Assembly (NCBI GenBank): GCA_043228905.1
Contig: JBHGNT010000011.1
Location: 3,596,001-3,660,000 of the forward strand
Reading direction: 5' to 3'
Source of the DNA: Azolla caroliniana
Taxonomy: Eukaryota > Plantae > Polypodiophyta
DNA: 64,000 nt
The position numbers were made by a program, and so were the translations under genes. Of the stretch, positions 58,820-64,000 are shown in pieces (position 1 is the first letter of the stretch; each line of letters starts with the position of its first letter). Below the pieces are notes generated by a model. The model saw nothing but the letters and a program-made list of their open reading frames with translations. It searched no databases and was not told where the DNA came from.

Positions 58820-61674
58820 TAGAGTAGCGGCACTTGGCAGCCGATTTGCGTGGTGGCATAGGCTGGAAATAGCTGGAAGACACCCCAAGAACTCCATTAT
58901 ATATAAGAAGGTGGTATCATGTGTGTTCATGACATCATTTATAAACCCCTTATACGTATGTTGTTTACTATTTTAGAGGCCCTTTTGTAAAATAAATAAA
59001 TAATAAAAATAACCCCTATTACCAATATTTTTTTTTATAACCACCCATTTTAAATGCCCTTACATAGAAAATATACATGCAAACATAGTTTCCAATCCAA
59101 GAAACCTAGAATGGATCTATGGCCCTCTTTATAATTGATGACTCACAAATTTGTGAAAGAACATTAAACATCATATGCAATTTTGTAGAAATGCTTCATC
59201 AAGTACCACATAAATTGAAAACATAATGTGTAGAGTATATAGTAATGCGCAAACAAATAAAAAACATTACCCAAAAACATTAGAGGTATATCATATACAT
59301 ATAAGCCACATATAAGTTCATGTAGATAGTTTATTGAAAAATATGAAGAATATAAAGTGACAAAAAAGAATGTAATTTACAAAAAAAAAAATCTTGAACT
59401 GGACATATATATCTCAAAGAGCACACATTGGACAATCCAAATGCATATCAATAATGAAGTTACTAACAAATTAACATTATGTTTGGTTTCCCAAATACAT
59501 TGATCAAACAAATGACAACATATGTTATATTTCCATTTGAAATGTAGGACATCACACTATAAAAATGAGATCAAATTAATCATTTTGTTGTTCAATGTCT
59601 ACTTAAAATACTTATTACAATAAAGGTTATCTTCATAAAGACCAACTATATAAATAGAAAACTCAAAGAAGCTTATTTTAGGTTATAAATTTCTTGTAAT
59701 TTACATCTTCAATGTTGGACCTTTATTATAGCCATGACATCTTTGGTTTGTTTCATACTTTCTTTCTAAATCTCAACAATATGACCTTTCATGGAGGATG
59801 ACGCTTGTTGCTCTCTTGGTTGCTCGTTTTCTTCTGAGTAGTTTATGCAAGGCATGAGGAAAAGCAACTGTTACATTTCTATCAAAATAAGTAACTCATA
59901 AACAAAATTGTCATAAGAAATACCGGAATAGTTATTAAGGATCATTGATATAGGACTTTTGTATAATTGGGTCCAAACAAAGCTTTTATACTTTCTTTAT
60001 GACAAAACAATCCAATCTTAGCTTATGTATTTCAAATATCAATTGACTTACATTCAAATTTTTTAAAAAATTTTATCCAAAATATATTCTTTTCCAGATT
60101 TTTGGGGGTTTCAAATTTCCTGCTATAAAATTCAGAAACCTATTTGAGAATAAGCCAAGTTATTAATGTTCATGACGTGGGACACAAGTATGTACCTACA
60201 CCAATGGGTCTCATATAACTCTTATATGGTTTCTATAGATTACCTATGCCATCCTTGGAAAAATAATGCTTCAATTTCTCCAATTTAGTGCTATGACAAG
60301 ACCATACGAGAGCCTACTATTAATACATCAATCATATGTGTGCATATACAAAACTATGAACAATTATGGTAAATAATCACGAATAAATAGATCCACAACT
60401 ATGAGGATTCATGTTGAGTAATAAAAAAAACAAATTTACATATTTAAGAACAACTTGGGCAAAGATGTATGTTGTCTCTCTAGCGGAATTGTTTCTACCA
60501 CCATCATGCAAGCAATCATTTAAACATGGTTAGCCACCAATGACAACTAACTGTTTTAAATAATTCAATAGAAACCTAGGGTACAAAAAGATGAGCATAC
60601 GTAGATGATACTCGAGGATCTAATAATGACAATAAAAAAAGAATCTTCATAAAAATTAGAGAAGGTTTAATCAATACCATTATAATTATGAAATTATACA
60701 GTAAACCAAAGTTTATATTACCTCTCGATAGATGAGTTCCCTTACATCCTCTTTTGAAACTCTTCTCCTATCGAATTCAAACTCGAACTTACTGATGGGT
60801 TGTGCAGCCAGCTCACACTCCACCTTCGATACGCCTTGAAGTAAGGATTTACTAAAACCTTCACAAAAACTAGTAAAACTTTTAGCAATCTCTTCTTGGA
60901 CTCAAACTAGAATAAATACAAGCACAAACTCTACTTTCATATTCATCAAAGATGAAACAAGTTCAATGAGAGTGTACCTTCAATGAGGTATGTGATTAGA
61001 TCTAGTTGGTGAACCACATTCTTTCCAAGGAAAAGAGTTTTCCTAATATAATCTCTGCAAAGATGCATCCAATGCTCTAGATATCATTGGCTAGAGTGTA
61101 TTATAGTAAGAAATATAAAGAATGGTTAGGTTGAAGGAGAATTTAAAGGCATAACCTAGTACTCTTGGAAGTTCAAGAACGACCTTGGAATATAATGGAG
61201 ATACTAGTTAGGGTGCATGGATAGATATGTTTTTGTCTCATACATCCATTACAATATCTAATCTCCCCAGATTACCTCCAGAGACAAATGAGTACAATAC
61301 ACACATTATTGAAAGCAATCAAATTTAACACCAAATATAGCAATGACCAAAATATTATGAAATTTCTAGTAATCAATCATGATCATAAATATCAATAGTC
61401 CTAAAAAGGAGGTAATAAATCAAACAAATAAATGAACTTGCTTTGGAAAAGAAGGATCCACATAATTTTGGAGCATGATACCTCTTGTGGTGACATAATC
61501 TTGTACAAAGATACAAAATAAGAACTTAAGTATCTCTAGACACCTAAAGATTGCAAACTCTGTGTTAAGAACATGAAATGTGTATATTTAAATAGATTGC
61601 TATACTGTTTGGAATATAGTCGTTCTTGCCAATCCAAAATCACATATTTTAACCTTGCAATCAACATTTGCAAG

Positions 61675-62410
61675 CACGTGTGTGTGTGTGTATTATATTG
61701 TATTCCATGTGTATGTATGTATATGTGTACATATTGTAATGTATTCATTGAATTGCATGTGTATGTATTTACATATTGTATTGTAATGCATGTGTTGTAT
61801 GTATGGAATGTGTGTATGTATGTGTGTGTGAGTATATGTTCTATACATGTGCATATGCATGTATTGTATTGCATGTGTGTGTATGTATGTGTTGTTTGTG
61901 TGTGTTATATATATGTGCATATGTATGTATGGAATGTGTGTATATGTGTATGCATGTGTTCAATGTGTGTGAGAGTTATATGTTCTATACATGTGCATAT
62001 GCATGTATTGTATTGCATGTGTGTATGTATGTGTTGTTTGTGTGTGTTATATATATGTGCATATGTATGTATTGTATTGCATGTGTGTATGTATGTGTTG
62101 TTTGTGTGTGTTATATATATGTGCATATGTATGTATTTTATTGCATGTGTATATATGTATTTGTGTATGTGTTATATGTGTGTGTGTGAGTATATGTTCT
62201 ATACATGTGCATATGTATGTATTATATTGCATGTGTTTGTATGAATGTGTTGTGTGTGTGTGTGTGCATGTGTGTGTTCTATATATGTGCATATGTATGT
62301 ATTGCATTGCATGTGTATATATGTATGTGTGTGAGCGTATATATTCTATACATGTGCATATGTATGTATTCTATTGCATGAGTGTATGTATGTATGTGTT
62401 GTGTCCGTGT
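61675..62410. repeat. compound TG/TA satellite with a higher-order unit of about 64 bp
   Basis: gttgtttgtgtgtgttatatatatgtgcatatgtatgtat recurs, e.g. at 62033 and 62097. Confidence 0.9.
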
Positions 62411-62639
62411 GTATATTTCTTATACATACTTGTAGGCTGTAAATTTTTTATCAACAGTAGTTGTGGCAGTAGCTACAGAGGCTAGAGGCGACCAAAGGCA
62501 GCACAACGAGGTGAGTAGAGGCGACAACAACAATACGAAGAGAACAAAGGCAGTTGCAAGGAGAGTAGAAGCAACAAAAACGAGGAGAATAGAGGCAACA
62601 ACAAAGAGGAGAACAAAGGCAGAAAAACTCTAAATTAAA

Positions 62640-62724
62640 AAGTGTGAATGTATGAATGTTATGTTTACTATGAATGTATGTATCTATAAATGAATGAATA
62701 TATGTATGCTTGCATGAATGTATG

Positions 62725-62763
<39 letters not shown>

Positions 62764-63245
62764 AATGTACATATGTAATGTATGTATGTAATGTATGTAT
62801 GTATGTATGAATGTATATATATATTAAGAAGATATCTTGTCATTAGTGTAACCATTTTTACAAGATTTTAAATTCTATGTGATCGGTGGGGGAAACAACC
62901 ATTTCGGAGGTTGAAAATGCCAATAAGGAGTATCACAATTGGTTGTCATCAATGGAGTAGCTTTCCATATAGTGATAAACTCATGCCGTTGAGCAATTTT
63001 AGCTTAAGAATGTACCTAATATATCTAATATGTAATATGTAATGTATCTATGTATGAATTACATACGTGTATATGCAATATGCAATGTATGTATGTATAT
63101 GTATATAATGTACTATGTAATGTATGTATGTATGTATGAATATATATATATGTAACATACATATGTGTATATATCTAATATGTAATATGCAATGTATCTA
63201 TGTATGAATGTACATACGTGTATATGCAATATGTAATGTATGTAT
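62640..63245. repeat. TATG/ATATGT-type simple repeats (62640-62822 and 63020-63245)
   Basis: Directly visible; 63020-63095 is echoed at 63170-63245. Confidence 0.85.
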
Positions 63246-63321
63246 AAGCAACAACAGAGAACACGTAGAGAGGAGAAACAAGCGAACGCTACAGAGAACG
63301 TTGTCGAAGACGACGACGAAG

Positions 63322-64000
63322 ATGGCTGACACGGTACACCAGGGGAACTCTGACGCAACACCCCCGACAACCTCTCCACGGTCAACTATCACTGTCGTCT
63401 TCACACCGGACGAAGAAGCTATGCCGAAAACAAAGGTAAGTCGTCTGCACTCCTATTCAATCGTGTGCATGGTTATAGGATTAAGGCCGAATAGAGGAGA
63501 TTTGAGAGATCTCCTCTAGGCAGCTTTTCATCATCGGATCGGCAAAATAATTGATGTTCAATTCCTTGGACATGGTTTCTATCATTTAGAATTGGACATG
63601 GCCGAATCCATAGTGGTAATGTTAACGGCTAATATGACTAATATTCGCAATGCAATTGTTTGCTTTATGCCATGGCAACCGAGCTTTGATCCCGTCCAAA
63701 TGTTAAATTTGGGACATCGGCTGATTCCGATTTCCGTGCTTTTCTTGAGAATCCCTAAGGAATATATGGCTGTACTTCCATCAATCACCGCAAGAATCGG
63801 CATGGTTCTTCCTCCACATGAAGAGGCATTAGAAACAAAGATCTCAGGATACCCATCAATTTGGATGTTGGTTCCCTCAATGGAAAATTGACCGTCTTAG
63901 GTACTTTTACCATCAATTATCGGGAATTCGATGTTCATGCAAAAACTAGAATATGTAGGTATGCCTGGACAATGCTTTTATTGCAAACAGAAAGGTCATG
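63322..64000 (+). mobile_element. L1-type LINE ORF1 (DUF4283-like region plus zinc knuckle), pseudogenised, runs off the window
   Basis: One frame from ATG 63322: VQFLGHGFY, PWQPSFDP, IPKEY..IG, LEYVGMPGQCFYCKQKGH, with in-frame stops at about 63517, 63889 and 63898. Confidence 0.8.

Noticed and set aside
59000-61500. Possible DNA-transposon or gene remnant in AT-rich DNA
   Set aside because: No ORFs, terminal repeats or motifs that could be supported.
61536-63404. Cys/Val/Tyr- and His/Thr/Ile-rich ORFs
   Set aside because: Translations of TG/TA simple repeats, not proteins.

Overview
Eukaryotic land-plant DNA, most likely from a non-seed plant (inferred from Tcn1-like and Phygy-like gypsy lineages plus a BOP-clade gene; the species cannot be determined). 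Positions 1-48.5 kb are a nest of decayed LTR retrotransposons up to four levels deep. It can be unpicked by hand using TG..CA termini, 4-5 bp target-site duplications (TSDs), primer-binding sites (PBS) and polypurine tracts (PPT). The nest holds seven Ty1/copia copies or remnants (labelled A, B, C, D, F, J, L) plus a copia 3'-end remnant M, three Ty3/gypsy-type remnants (H, I, K), an unclassified LTR-like pair E, a gag-only non-autonomous element and several solo LTRs. The remainder holds a 70-bp minisatellite, an intact two-exon BLADE-ON-PETIOLE-like BTB-ankyrin gene on the minus strand (about 626 aa), an AT-rich upstream region with decayed tRNA-like A/B-box modules, a solo LTR, a higher-order TG/TA satellite and the 5' end of an L1-type LINE. 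The most notable signals are: (i) two unrelated gypsy LTRs each carry an antisense tRNA-like Pol III module in U3; (ii) two candidate -1 frameshift cassettes (slippery site plus H-type pseudoknot), one lying after protease rather than before it; (iii) an inverted, circularly permuted gag fragment inside copia C; (iv) a gag-only element with chimeric LTRs and an 11-bp-period GGCCG array; (v) an LTR family found twice next to GCGG. All family assignments come from motif recognition by eye, not from database searches.
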